Source: Eledone cirrhosa (taxonomy: Eukaryota). From it: a DNA stretch of 64,000 nt. Each line of letters begins with the position of its first letter. Within the stretch, counting starts at the first letter, position 1. Positions 41,975 to 56,150 of the stretch are shown piece after piece. The notes below the pieces were generated by a model that was given only the letters and a program-made list of their open reading frames with translations, searched no databases and was not told where the DNA came from. Made by a program: the position numbers and the translations under genes. The stretch is taken from assembly GCA_964016885.1 (NCBI GenBank), contig OZ024745.1, positions 123,132,001 through 123,196,000 on the forward strand. Direction: 5' to 3'.

Positions 41975-42635
41975 GACTATTGTATGCCCCTTGCACTGGA
42001 GAAACACCAGGACTCTGGATTTACTGTAACACCGGCTCAGAGCAGGAGAGTTAAGGCGAAAAAGATATCGGATGCTGAATTTGTTGGCGACATAGTTTTG
42101 GTGACAAATACAGTGAAGGAGGCAGAGGATTTGATGTAGGAAGTTGAGATTATGTTGATGAGTGTGGGGCTGAGAATGAATGAGACTAAAACAAAGTATC
42201 TGGTAGAGAATGTTGAGAAGCCAGAGGGGATCACTAATGTAGGTGGGAAGCTGCTGGAATTAGTTGAGGACTTCCTGTATTTGGGAGCAAAGATTGGGAA
42301 TATAAAAGATGATGTGGTTGAGAGGAAGAGCAAAGCCTGGACGGCATGCCACAGCTTGAGATCGGTGTGGAAGTCGGACCTTCGTAGAGACCTGAAGATC
42401 TGCCTCTTCATTGCTGCAGTGGAGTCTGTGCTGCTGTAAGGGTCTGAGACTTGGACACTGACCAAGAAACTCACTCAGATGGTGGATGGGTGCTACACGA
42501 GAATGCTGAGGATGGCTCTGAACATTAATCAGTATATACTGAGGATGAAAAACTCAGAGCTGTATGGGAGCCTACCAAAAGTCAGCTCAAAAGTGACACA
42601 GAGGAGACTGAGCTGGACATACTCACCGACACTCC
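41975..42635 (+). mobile_element. Decayed RT fragment of a third non-LTR family (further fragment 47688-47893)
   Basis: ISDAEFVGDIVL (degenerate FADD)..VGLRMNETKTKYL..VEDFLYLG..ESVLL*GSETWTL..DGCYTRMLRMALNI. Confidence 0.8.
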
Positions 42636-43416
42636 ACTCAGTGTCAACACATGCTCACAGGGTATAGTAGAATATGCAAACCTCATAGATTCTTCAGAGA
42701 ATCTGCATATTCTACTATACCCTGTATTGTATTGACTGAATTCGCTATCCTATATTTCAGGGCTTTTGGGATTCACATTGAAAATTAAGACTCAAACATA
42801 CACTAGGTATCACCTGATACCTCTCCAACTCTTCCATCCTCTATATCTATATGTATAACCTTGTTTCTCCAACTGTATTTTCCACCTGATCTGTATTTTA
42901 TTCCTCCTGTATTTTGATTTCTTCGATATGTTCTTATATACTTCCTCTTTACTCCCTACTTCACCACCCTAGGTATGACTGCCTTTTATTTATGCATTTT
43001 ACTTATGTTTTTATTTATTTATGTATTTATTTACTCGCTTTATTCTCATTATATACTTATCATTGTACTCATTAGCACACCACCCTAGAATATTACTCTC
43101 TGTACCCTTATATCTGTTTATCTTTATTCACTCCCCCTACCCACCCAAGAATAACACTATATATAACCCGGACTAACTGGGGACTAAGTATAGTCTATTT
43201 GCACATTTCATCAGACTTTATCACTTTCAACCTCACATCATGGGTGTGAATAACTAATAATCTTTTGGTACACGTGATGATCTGACGGGTGTGGCGGCTT
43301 TCCCAACTACACGCCAGGCACTCGGGTTGATCAGCCTTCCTTGAGTGCTTGGAAAAATAAATTTCCCCTTCTTTCAGTAAACAAAATTACTCGGAACAGC
43401 TGCTTCGCCCTGGGGC

Positions 43417-44027
43417 CCTGGCGAGACCTTCAAGATAGTAAAGAATCATCTGTACTCTACCAACATGCTAAAATAGAACATAAGGGTAAATTAGAGAACA
43501 TAGAAATAAAAATAGAATCTACACACAGAAAAGACGCAATGTTTAGACAAATCACAGAGGCAATAAACATAAATGAACTCCAACCAAAATTAAATAGAAA
43601 ACATGAGTGGAACAGCAACATCACAACTTACAATTAAGGACAAAATGAAAACACACACGCACATAGAACAAACAACCAACCAGTAACATGTAAATAAATA
43701 AACGAATATAAACACACACAGACACCCGGATGTAACACATACACAAACTAAGCACGCAACACACACACAAAAACAAGATGGCGTAGGACAGAACAAAGGA
43801 GAGGCACAAAAACAAAGAAAATAATCCCCAGTCACTGAAGAGGTCCCAGAATGTGTGACGAAAGAACTTTGACAATATATAAACAACCATCTGGTTGTGG
43901 AACCAACCAACCAACCAGAAATTTATAAATTCCTAAATTTATAAATTTATTATAATAAATTGAAGTGAAAGCAACTGGTGCGTGTGTTTCTTATTGGCAA
44001 CATGACCCTCCCAAAGTATAACAATAT
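43417..44027 (+). mobile_element. Second copy of the Penelope-like GIY-YIG 3' fragment, hammerhead at 43830-43873
   Basis: WRDLQDSKESSVLYQH..QPKLNRKHEW; guca-CUGAAGA-g-GUCcC..GUGAC-GAAA-gaac-UU^ugac; same terminus CATGACCCTCCCAAAGTATAACAATA. Confidence 0.88.
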
Positions 44028-44081
44028 CGGTTTCAACACACGTTTTCAGATAAAGAATCTTGCTAAACAAATTCAGAAACG

Positions 44082-44150
<69 letters not shown>

Positions 44151-45889
44151 CTATAGTCTAGTTGAATTTTGTTATAAATATCCAAGTAGATAGAGCAACA
44201 AGTTGTGGCATATCTCAGTTTTTCCAGCTGAATGAACTGGAACAATGTGTAATATAATTCCTTGCTCAGTGACATGTCATGCCACGGGGATTCAAACTTA
44301 TGCTTTATAAACAATCAGCCAGACATACAGCCATATGCCTTCACTTATATATATATATATCATCATCATGATCAACATTTTTCATCCGCTTTTCCCTGCT
44401 TGCAAGGGTTGGACAGGTCCTATTCAGCACAGCATCTCTCCACTTGTCACGGTCGTTCGTCATCTCCTAGGTGAGTTTCAGCGATCTGAGGTCAGCTCTC
44501 ACCACCTCTGCCCATGTTTTACGTGGTCTACCTCTACTGCGTCTTCCCTCCACTGGGACTTCCTGGCACTTCTTCACCCAACAGTCATCCTCCATGCGCA
44601 TCATATGTCCATACGATCTCAGCCTTCTCTCCTGCTCCATCCTCCCACCCCCACCCCACCACCCTTTCTCTGTAATGTTATGTTGGTACCACAGAACATC
44701 CAGTCTACACTGTAAAGTGGTCATGTAGAAGACATGGTAAAAAGGCTCCCAGTCCACACTGTAAATGTGGTTGGTGTTATGAAGGGCATCCAGCCGTAGA
44801 AAAGCTGCCAGGTAAAGTCCTATATGAGCGAGATATGGTCATCCGATCAATCTTGCCTCAAGTGGGACAATTCCCGTCTAACCCATGCTAGTGTGGAAGA
44901 TAGACATTAAACAATGATGATGATGATATATAAATATATATATATCATGTCCCACCCTTGCAAGCAGGGAAAAGCGGACGTAAAATGATGATGATGATGA
45001 TGTATATATATATTATATCACACATGCATATATACTCATATTCGTTGGAAAATTCCATTGTCCTTGTTTTTGTTTTTCTTGTCAGGTTAACAATATTTGC
45101 TACACAATAATATCTAACCTTTACACTATTTTTGTTTAAGAACCTATAGTATTTGTATTTGGTAGAAAAATGGAAATATTTTCTGATCAGCACAGAAATT
45201 ATGGAAGGTAACTATGGAAGATATATTCTATGCTGAAGTATGATTGAACCAGAGGATTTTTCTTTTCTTTTATGTTATCTGGTATCTCTTTCAGTCTATT
45301 TTCCTTTTTTTACTTAAAACGTCATTGTAAAAGTCAACAAAATGTCAAGTGATTAACTGCATCATCTCAAAATAAAGGAATTGAATAAGGAAGGAATCAT
45401 TCTCTTGTTTGTGATATAACAACCAATAATAAACTGGAGTAAAAGTCAGTTAACCATGCTTCCCACTTTTCAGGAAAGAACATTGCATTTGATGAAAAAA
45501 GAACATACAAAACAAATCAAATCTAATCATATTTAAAGCACTTTTTATTCCTTTCACCATCACCAGAAGAAATGTGCAAATGATGGGAATGAGACTACAT
45601 CTATTATTTCTGCTAAAAATGAAATATTAAAGAAAAAATATTGAATCAATAGTGCATTTGTAAGGTTCTTCCAGGGTATAGTGAATCTATTTTCACACAT
45701 TTCAAGTTGGCATTTAAAGATCTAGTTTCTTCCAAATTATAAGACAGAGAAAAAAGAAAAAATATTTTACAAATATACAGTTGCTATATTACTTATAAGG
45801 TATAGCCACACTCTACAAACCATTGTTAGATAGATAGATAAATAGATAGATAAATAGATAGATAGATAGATGGATAGATAGATAGATAG

Positions 45890-46510
45890 ATTTCTTTATT
45901 AGCCACAGAGGCACACAAGAAGGGGACAATACAAAGGGGGAAGTTTACATACAATAAAAACGTGTAAAATACTATCACAAATGCAAATTAAAAATGAATC
46001 GATTTTTCCCAATAGGGGGAGACATTATATATGAGTAACACATACCCCCCAAAAAATGTGCAACCCTCATCTCCAGGAGTACAAAGAGTTTGTACCCCTT
46101 TCCTCTCTTCCTATTTTTGCTCAACCTACAGGCTGATATAGAGAGAAGGCCCATTCACTCGGGCCATTCTTGCCACTTTCACCCACCTTTCATAAAACTT
46201 GCTGGCGTACAGCACCTCTCTCTCCATCCTGACTCTTCTTCTAAAGTGGTATTTGAAAAAAAAATCAGTTGTTGGCCGGAGAGAAAGGTGTCTGACCTCA
46301 GCCCTTTTAACCTTGTCCACCATACAACCTCTTTCGCCATAGCTATCACACAAAGGAAAACCGCCTCTCCTTCGTTTTTGAAGGAGGGTGGCAGTTTGAT
46401 CATGACGATGGACTCGGTGGTCAACCGGATTGGTTCCACCAGCGACAATAGCCGTTCTACATAGCCCCACAGGCTGGTAACGCCCAGGCAGTGTACGAAT
46501 GCATGCACCC
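45890..46510 (-). mobile_element. L1/Tx1-like LINE 3' end abutting (GATA)n
   Basis: HAFVHC..LWGYVERLL..AKEVVWWTR..F.ERW pattern; 3' AATAAAGAAA directly followed by (TCTA)n. Confidence 0.6.
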
Positions 46511-47440
46511 AGTCCGTGAATCGAACTCCCAACCTCACGATTGCAAGCTCAATGCTCTAACCACTAAGCCATGCACCTTCAAAGTAAACAGTAAAAGAGT
46601 ATATATCTCTCAATATTCTACTTTATGTTCTCCTTGCTTCTAAAATCCCAAAGTAGAATTCTATAATCTTCATTTCTCTACCATAGTTATCTATCATTAT
46701 CCTATTTCTTTCAAATGCAATAAATTATAGTTCAGTTAATAAGAATGCCAGAGATTCTTGTTTATTTATTTTAAGTTATAATTTTAGCACCAATAAACAT
46801 AATATATGAAATTTAAAAAATCATAAACTCATTCATCCCTGGATAATAGTATGCAGCTAAAACAGTCTTATATTTTTTTCTTATTATTATTAAAGCTAAT
46901 GTGTGTGTGTAGCCATTTGTATGCATTAGTATTCATGTATGTGTCTGTGTGTGCGGCTATGTAGCCATTAGTATGTGTAAGTATTTACAAATACACACTC
47001 ACATATATATCATGCTATATATATACAGATGTCTCCCGGTATTCGCAGAAGTTACGTTCCTAGAAAACTCGCGAAGAGTAAAAACCGCGAATATTGAATG
47101 TGGTCCATAAAAATGCCTATAAACGTCAAAACATAACATAAAATATAGGCCGGCAAATACAGTATATTGTTGTTACTAATTTAGCGTTAAAAAGCATTAA
47201 AAAATATATTGCCACGAAAAAAGCCATAAAAATATTGCAGAAGATATTTACGATTCCGCGAAAATGCGGTGGTTTCCGCAAACAATTATTGCAAACAGAT
47301 ATAGCCAATCCTCTGCGAAACACGCGTAACAGGTCGATACGCAATAAATATTTTTCATATGCAAACGAAACTTCCTTGTTTTTTCTATTACACACACATA
47401 TATATAAATATATGTGTGTCTGTGTCTGTGTGTGTGTGTG

Positions 47441-47612
47441 TAATAGAAAAAACAAGGAAGTTTCGTTTGCATATGAAAAATATTTATTGCGTATCGACCT
47501 GTTACACGTGTTTCACAGAGGATTGGCTCAAGGTGACCCAGAGCAGTTATGGACCCACCTCCAGTATTGAGCTGCTCCTCAGACTGGTGATGTGACAAAA
47601 GATATATTTTTG
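47441..47612. mobile_element. ~200-bp microsatellite-embedded MITE (complete copy 55193-55398)
   Basis: Imperfect TIR TAATAGAAAAAAC.AGGAA.TTTCGTTT.CATATGAAAAATAT shared between the loci, with homologous interior. Confidence 0.75.
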
Positions 47613-47630
47613 TTGTGGTTTGTGGACCTA

Positions 47631-47672
<42 letters not shown>

Positions 47673-47890
47673 ATATATATATATAACTCACTCAGATGGT
47701 GGATGGGTGCTTTATGAGAATGCTGAGGATGGCTCTAAACAAAAATCAGTATACACTGAGGATGAAGAATTCAGAGTTGTACGGGAGCCTTCCAAAGTCA
47801 GCTCGAAAGTAACACAGAGGAGACTGTGGTTAGCTGGACATGCTCACCGACATCCAGAGTTGACACTGCATTCAGTGCTCCCGTGGGAGC

Positions 47891-47929
<39 letters not shown>

Positions 47930-48477
47930 GAAGAAATTGGTAGTTTACTTGAAGCATTGTGTAGTGAGGTATAAACGCTTGAAGTTGGAAAGCCAGAACA
48001 ATGCAGGTTTGGATATAGAATATAAATGCAAAAGATATCGCTGATAATTAGTCTTTTACCTTAATTTATTAGTATATCCTGACTGGTCAGCTTGACTTGG
48101 CAGCCCACTTCAAACACTGGATTAACCCCTTTACTTTCCTCAGACGAAGAGATATTATCTCGAAATATCAGTATATACTAATAAATCAAGGTAAAAGACT
48201 AATTGTCACCGTTATCTTTTGCATCTTCCACTCTTGTCATGCCATTGGCTGTAGAAAACAACAGCCAATGGCATGACAAGAGTGGAAGATGGTTTTTTGA
48301 AGGTGTTTTTTGACGATAAACCCCAGTGAGAAAATTTGCTCCGAACGAATTGCATGTGTCCGAAGGAACCTGCAGCCGTAGAATCAGCCAGATCAATACA
48401 GTGATCATGTCTATATATATATATATGTATATATTAGTTTTGCGAGGTTTTTTATATGAAATCGTGTGTCGAAACAA

Positions 48478-48989
48478 ATATTGTTATACTTGGGGAGGGT
48501 CATATTTGTGTAATATTGCCAGAATTAATAACAGAACACACTCACTGTTTGGTTGGTTTTCGCTTCTCGCTTCTGTGTCTTTTATATTGGTAATCTAACT
48601 TACTCGGTCCTCAATGTTGCCATTGACTGACCGACGGTCAAAAATAATACAGATACAATATAGACACAAACACATACATATAGTTTATCATAAATCTTTC
48701 GTTGCACATCTGCAACATCGTCAGTGGTGTTATCGTTTCCTCCTGTTGTATTATATGTCTACGCCATTTTTATTCAGTCTGTCTATATATTTATTTATTT
48801 ATTTATTTGCTTGTTTGTTTATTTTATTTTGTCTTCTTTGCGCATGCGTTTGCGTGTGTGTATAGTGTTTTGTTTGCTGATATAAAAGACACAGAAGCGA
48901 GAAGCGAAAACCAACCAAACAGTGAGTGTGTTCTGTTATTAATTCTGGCAATATTACACAAATATGACCCTCCCCAAGTATAACAATAT
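48478..48989 (-). mobile_element. 512-bp element with perfect 110-bp terminal inverted repeats enclosing a hammerhead motif (48686-48729)
   Basis: Arms 48478-48587 / 48880-48989; CUGACGA-u-GUUGCA gaug UGCAAC-GAAA-gauu-UA; terminus matches the PLE end at 29983 in 24 of 25 positions. Confidence 0.82.
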
Positions 48990-50144
48990 ATGTATATAAA
49001 TATATATATATATATATGTGTATGTGCATTCTATAAAGATTCAAAGACAAGATTACAGTTAATGTTTGCATGTCAACACATTCCTGATCTTCTTATAAAT
49101 AATTATGTTTATCACCTTAGTAGAAATCTTGGACCAAACATCCTCAGGACTAAAATATTTTAAAGAAGAATTCGATGAATGGATAAGAGTATATTAACTG
49201 AGTTAGCATAGTTGTGCATGTCATTTATCTTGTGTGTGTGCGTGCGTGCGTGTGGTTTATATAGGCAGCGAATTGACGAAGTTTTTATTGTGTTGAAAAG
49301 ACTATTTGTGCTGTTTGGTTTATCACACACACATTATACCAGCAGAAAGATTTATTTTTCTGTTGGCCGATCCAGCATTTTAGAATGGTACTCTCAATTA
49401 AATCATGCAAAACCATTTTGTTGGTCTGAGAGCTGATGATGGTGAAAATGTGTGTGTGTGAAAACTTGTCTTGTACATCGCCTTTCTCTATTTACTTCTT
49501 CTAGTCACTTCTATATATCAACACACTATTCCTTGTCCTCCTCCTATTTCAGTGATTCCTGTTTTACGTCTGCCTGTCACCCACATTGTGGATTGTCTCT
49601 TTGTTGCCCACTGGCTGCTGGTCTCTCCTTTGGGGCATTTTTGCCCATCACTGTCTTTGACAGCATTTAGCTGTTTTAACGGCTGTTGTAGCGATGAGTT
49701 TTCTCATTTTTATATGTATTGAAATACACCCACGCTTCATCTCGATCAGAGACGACATTGATTTTTTTTATTTTTAAAATATTTCCCTTGCTAAAACAGT
49801 AATTAGCTTTGAAAGCCCCACAATAGTCTTCATACTCATTATAGGGTCCTTTTTGATGCAATAATTTATATTCAAATGCCCTTCATTGAAGTGACCTTTT
49901 GATATACAGGGATATGATATACTTACACAGATTTTGGAAAGAATGCTTAATGGTGTTCTTATGCTCTGAGTTCAAATTCCACCAACATCAGCTTTGCCTT
50001 TCATCAATTCAGGATCAATAACTAACGTACCAGTCCAGAGGTAGTTGAATGGCAGAAGAGTTATAAGTCAAATAGGATGACTTATAATATCTGTTTGGAC
50101 TTTGTGCATTCTGAGAACAACAATGCCCACGTTGGTGATTAAAT

Positions 50145-50336
50145 TAATTGTTTCTACTTTAGGCACAAGGCCAGCAATTACACCACTGCATTACTGGTAC
50201 TTTATTTTATAGACCCCGTAAGGATGAAAGGCAAAATTAACCTCGGCGGGATTTGAACTCAGAATGGAAAGGGCCGTAACTCTATGCTGCAGAGCATGGT
50301 GTCCGACCCTCTACCGATACTGCCAATCCACCGCCA
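50145..50336 (-). mobile_element. SINE-A copy (another at 52737-52927 +)
   Basis: A/B boxes, body and tail. Confidence 0.85.
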
Positions 50337-51062
50337 TTAATAGTAGAGGATCAGTGAACTGAGAACATTTTATTGTGGCACCAACACTAGAGAGGCTGTC
50401 TGTGACATGACTAAAGCAGTCTCTCTATTCTATGTTGTAACCATTTGATTGCAAATCACTTTATAGGATGTACTCAATGCTTTGTGTAGCAGCACCAACA
50501 GAAAAGTTGCCTTGTTCTTTGCAAGGCTAAAAACACTTCTCAGCTTCATGGTGCCTTCATTCTTCGAATGCATATGTGACTGGGAATATGAACAGAAGAG
50601 GATTGATATCAAAATGGATGAAAGTGGAGACAATATGATTATGATTACGAGGGTAAACAGAGTGATAATATGATAGGGGATGGTGTAGTGGGGAAGGAGT
50701 AATGGCTGGGTGTTGAATGTTGATAGGCAATGCATGAACAGCATGGAGAAATATTAATAATGAATGTTTATATAAATGTATATGATATTTCAACCAGAAA
50801 ATGATAAAATAAACATGTGTGACACCTTTAACCTTTTTCTTTCCATTTTTTCTATATATTTCTTCCATTTCTCACATAATTCATTTTCGTTTGTTTTTGT
50901 TTTTGCAAAGGATTTACATCCAAAGTGTTATATCTTCTAATTTTCTAAACAAATACTTAATGATGGTTTTTGTTTTTGGTATTGATATTTTCATATATAC
51001 ACACACATATATATGTGCAAGCATGGAAAAATTATGATGATGATTATATATACATATATAAC

Positions 51063-51258
51063 ATTCCCATTATACCAACACAATCAATGTGGAAACTATT
51101 AAATTCACTGTAGCAAAGTATATTTACATAGTAAAAAAATGATTTTCGGTGATATCAACTTTTATATATATAATATATATAATATATATATATTTTTTAT
51201 ATATTTATATTCCTTCCATATACTGTACCGATTGTATTGTTATTTCTGTTTACCTTTT

Positions 51259-51313
<55 letters not shown>

Positions 51314-51416
51314 TTGATTTCACAGAAAGTCTTTTATATTTTTTTACTATATAAATATACTTTGCGACAGTGAATTTAATGGTTTCCACATTGATTGTGT
51401 TGGTGTAATGGAAATT
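51063..51416. repeat. Inverted repeat with ~78-bp arms
   Basis: CCATTATACCAACACAATCAATGTGGAAAC..GTATATTTACATAGTAAAAAAAT mirrored at 51338-51416. Confidence 0.85.
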
Positions 51417-51971
51417 TTCTTAATAATTGTCAATGTTATAAAAGTATGCAAATTAGCTTTCGCATCTATAAGCTAACCACTATGTAGTTATGAATTACTT
51501 TTTCTATCAGGCACATAAACGTAACAGAGTTAGGTGAGATTTCATGTTTTCAGTGAACAACAGTGTTCTATACCAGAGGAGTAGGTAGTAACTAAGTCAG
51601 CCATATTGTTGGTTACCTTGTCTAATCTGATGTTGACACCCAAAGGATGTCTTGGTTTTTAATATATTAAAACATAAACTCTGGTATATTCTGGCCGTAC
51701 AGTTACTTTATGGCCAGAATATACCAAACTAGGAAAATTATGCCAGCAACTGTCTGGAAAACACAGTAGGACAATGGGTAGTAACAAAATAAAAAGACAT
51801 TAGTCACTACCCTGGCATGAATAACTGGTTGCAATGTAATCATTAATTAACATGAAATAGTTTTCTGGAGAAAGACAATGAGAATAACATATTCCTCAGA
51901 TGAGATAACTGAAACATAGATAGAAAGGAAAGCTATTTTAAATATATAAAAATGAGTTTTAATTTATTTAA

Positions 51972-52192
51972 CCCTTTAGCATTTAAACTGGCTGTACCTT
52001 ACCAGAATTCTCTCACCTCTTTCCGTACAAATTGGCTGTAACTGGCCACTCATACTTATGTTATAGTATTGTTCTCAAAATAAATAATATCAAAATCTCA
52101 TAGATTCGATATTATGTGAGATAATTATGTGAGGTAAAGCTTTTACCATGAAAATATAATAGTAGATATAGAGTAATGTAAATGCTAAAGGG
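51972..52192. mobile_element. piggyBac-type MITE
   Basis: TTAA|CCCTTTAGCATTTA ... TAAATGCTAAAGGG|TTAA. Confidence 0.85.
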
Positions 52193-53510
52193 TTAAGACA
52201 GTTTCCAATTGTGTAGTATCTAGGGATCTGCCATTTACCATAACCTCAGGTTGACTCATGCATTGTGAGTGAAATTGGGTAGACACAAATTGTTTGGATA
52301 GACTGCACATGTAATACAAAGAGCCAGCGTAAACATACATTAAGTCATGCTGGATCTCTCTGAGAATTATATTAAGGGTACCCGTATCTGTGGAATGCTC
52401 AGCTACTTACACTTAATTTTATGAACAGGCTGTTCCATTGATTGAAAAATTGGAATAAACGCCAGCAAAACTGAGATCCATTGCATCATATTATATCATA
52501 TAATATTATATATGTATATATATATTTATTAAAATAACAGATCAAAATTTAAGCAAAGAATCACCGAAACTCAGAAGATCCTGTTAAAGGTGAAAGGAGC
52601 GATTCCTTGCGTAAACTTTAACCTGTTATTTTAATAAATATTTGCGGTATGGTTTTATATATTTATATATATATATATTATCCTTATCGAGCCCTCTTCG
52701 GATTTTAGTCTTCACATTTATTATTATTACTATATAGGCGGTGGATTGGCAGTATCGGTAGAGGGTTGGACGCCATGCTTTGAAGCATAGAGTTACCTCC
52801 CTTTATGATCTGAGTTCAAATCCCGCCGAGGTTAACTTTGCCTTTCATCCTTATGGGGTCAATAAAATAAAGTACCAGTAATGTACTGGGGTAATTGCTG
52901 GCCTTGTGCCTAAAGTAGAAACAATTATTATTAGTATATATATATATACTATGTCAGATCACTCTCGAGTGTTACTGGTTACATGTGACCCAGTACAACC
53001 TGTCTCATGGTCAGGTTGTTGGCGACTAAATCAGCAACCCCCACCAAGCTTGCTTCATGAAGAGGGTGCTATTTGGACACCCTATGGGATGAAATACAAG
53101 ACCTGACAAAGGGCGGAGGAACTCAGTAGAGTCAACGGCCATCCAAATAATATTTTCTTTTTATACGGAGAGGTTAAACTCTGAGGCATAAAAAGGTGAG
53201 GGCTGTCATATTTTCCATGGCAAATATTTGCACCGAAGATATGTGTCGTCAGTTCCAAAAAGTGTGGTTGGTCCTACACAAGCCTTGACCACTTAAAACA
53301 AAACTTTGTGTGGGTAGTTCAACATCAGTTCACTTTCTCACATCCACTTTTGTTGGACACTCATATGTCGGATATCGACGGGAGAGTCCATCATATATAT
53401 ATATATGTATATATATATTCGAGGTCACAGTCTATCCAAAACATTTATAAGGGATTAAAAACAATTATTTGATGAAAGAAGACTGAGTTTTCTTTGATAC
53501 TTTTGCATAT

Positions 53511-53564
<54 letters not shown>

Positions 53565-53718
53565 CATATGGAAGGAATATATTATTTTAACGCTTGAAAT
53601 AGCAGGAAGAGGGTAGTCCTATACGAGCAAGACAACCAATCTTGCCTCAAGTGGGAAAATTCCCGTCCAAACCCATGCAAGCGTGGAATATGGACGTTAA
53701 ACGATGATGATGATGATG

Positions 53719-53752
<34 letters not shown>

Positions 53753-54969
53753 ATATATATATACATACAGAGAGAGAAATAGAAAAAGAGAGAGTGTGCG
53801 TGAGAGAGAGAGAGAGAGTGTGTGTGTGTGTGAGAGAAAGAGATAGAGAGTGTGTGTGTGTGTGAGAGAGAGACGTACAGATAGGTGTATCAATGAAAGA
53901 AAATTCAACACGCCATCTGTCAATCCTTCATCATGTGACCCAGACTAATTAATCAGAAGAGAATTTATGTTTCCAATAACAATTAGCCTTCTTTAGATGT
54001 GGCAACCTCATGATGTAGATCACAGCATTTGAGTAATCAGTTGTGCTTTCACAATTGAAACTTTAAGTATTGCAGATTTAAGTCACAAGTTTAATGCCTC
54101 ATCATCATCATCATCTTCGTTTAATGTCTATCTTCCACGCTAGCATGGGTTAGACGGGAGTTGTCCCACTTGAGATAAGGTTGGTTGGATGAACGTGTCT
54201 CGCTCGTATAGGACTATCTGGCAGGTTTTCTACAGCTGGATGCCCTTCCTAACACCAACCACATTTACAGTGTGGAACTGGGAACTTTTTACCGTGTTAC
54301 CTACACAACCACATTACAGCGTGGACTGTGTGTTTTTTTTGTTGTGACACCTACACGATCTCGATCTCATTATCTCATTTATTTGGACTGAATGTTGTGG
54401 TACCAACTTTACAGACACACACACACACACTCACACACACACACACATATATATATACACATACACACACAGTAACACAGACACACACATCTATCTATAT
54501 TATACTACTAAAACTCTGTGATTGTGTGGTTGTCTATAATTTAATGTATATATTAAAATAATGGTTTCTTATATATTGTCTGTAATTTAATGAAGCCAAA
54601 ATGGTGCATTATGGGAAAATACTTTGAAAGGAAGTTGCCCATGAAATGGGAATACAAATAAAATAAAACAAGTTTTACGTAAATCAGATCATGGGTTCCC
54701 AAGATACAGGGTTTTTCCGGATACCTCCATAAATAGCCAACAGCTTTGTTGGGTCACAGGTGGTCTAGTATATTATAATGGCTTCTGATTTAGGCACAAG
54801 GCCAACAATTTTGGGGGAGGGGAAAGTCGATTGGACCGACCCCAGGGCATTACTGGTACTTTATATTATAATCATCATCGTTTAACATCTATTTTTCCAT
54901 GCTTGCATGGGATACACACACACATACATATATATAAATATATATATATACACACACACATATATATAA

Positions 54970-55000
<31 letters not shown>

Positions 55001-55026
55001 AATATATATAAATATATATATTATAT

Positions 55027-55057
<31 letters not shown>

Positions 55058-55073
55058 AATATATATATTATAT

Positions 55074-55125
<52 letters not shown>

Positions 55126-55393
55126 TAGGTAGTACAGTGAATTACTGGTATTGGTACCAAATCAAACACTCTATGCACAGGCAGAGTGTATATAATAGAA
55201 AAAAACGAGGAAATTTCGTTTACATATGAAAAATATACCTTTTGTCACATCACCAGTTTGAGGAGCAGATTAATACTGGAGTCGGGTCTATAACTCCTAT
55301 GGGTCACCTTGAGCCAATCCTCTGTGAAACGTGCGTAACAGGTCAATACGCAATAAATATTTTTCATAGTAAAGAAAACTTTCTCGATTTTAC

Positions 55394-55474
<81 letters not shown>

Positions 55475-55645
55475 TATATATAAATATTAAAACAATGAAA
55501 TTAAACACAAAACTCACTCTTTTTTTGCTTCACGACATCTACATACGGATTACATTGAGTTCTTCATACGGTTTAGACCCTACCATTGATTGGTAGATTT
55601 ATATATATAAAGAAGAAATTAAAAGAGGGTTAAAAGAGTTCCATA

Positions 55646-55714
55646 TATTTTATTATGCGCATTTCGAATATAAAATCATCTGGGACCAAAATTGTGTTCT
55701 CATCAGATAAAATA
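55646..55714 (-). ncRNA. Minimal type-I hammerhead motif (family A)
   Basis: uauuuuau-CUGAUGA-GAA..UUC-GAAA-UGCGCA-UA^auaaaaua; perfect 8-bp stem I and palindromic stem III. Confidence 0.75.
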
Positions 55715-56009
55715 AGGTATATCATCATCATCATCATCACCGTTTTACGTCTGTTCTTCCATGCTAGCATGGGTTAGACGGGTTGTCCTGTGTGGGCAGT
55801 GTCTGGTTGGCTGACCATGCCTTGCTCATACAGGAACTGATTTTGGCTTGATTTCTACAGCTGGATGCCCTTCCTAACACCAACCTCATTTACAGTGAGT
55901 GCTGGGTGCTTTTTTCCGTGGCGCCTACACGTCACTTTACAGTGTGGGCTGGGTGCTTTTTTGCTGTGGCACCTCCACGACCACCTTGCATGGGAGGTCG
56001 AGTACTCTG

Positions 56010-56040
<31 letters not shown>

Positions 56041-56150
56041 GTATATATAAAAAATTAGATTAAGGATGTCATGTCTGAGAATATCAGAAGCATGCACCAT
56101 ATCACCTGTGGAAATAAGCTCTAAGATTCCAGGTAGTAAATCCAAACATT

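Noticed and set aside
42657-42725. 22-bp-arm hairpin (also 51682-51726) as pre-miRNA
   Set aside because: Near-perfect DNA-symmetric arms in repeat context; more likely MITE or fold-back remnants.
48136-48175. Hammerhead-like CAGACGA-a-GAGAUA u UAUCUC-GAAA-ua-UC
   Set aside because: Core mutated (CAGA) and stem I does not pair; at best a dead relic.
52955-53100. Possible HDV-like or twister ribozyme in the putative LINE 5' UTR
   Set aside because: One long-range pairing is visible, but the nested pseudoknot elements could not be assigned by eye.
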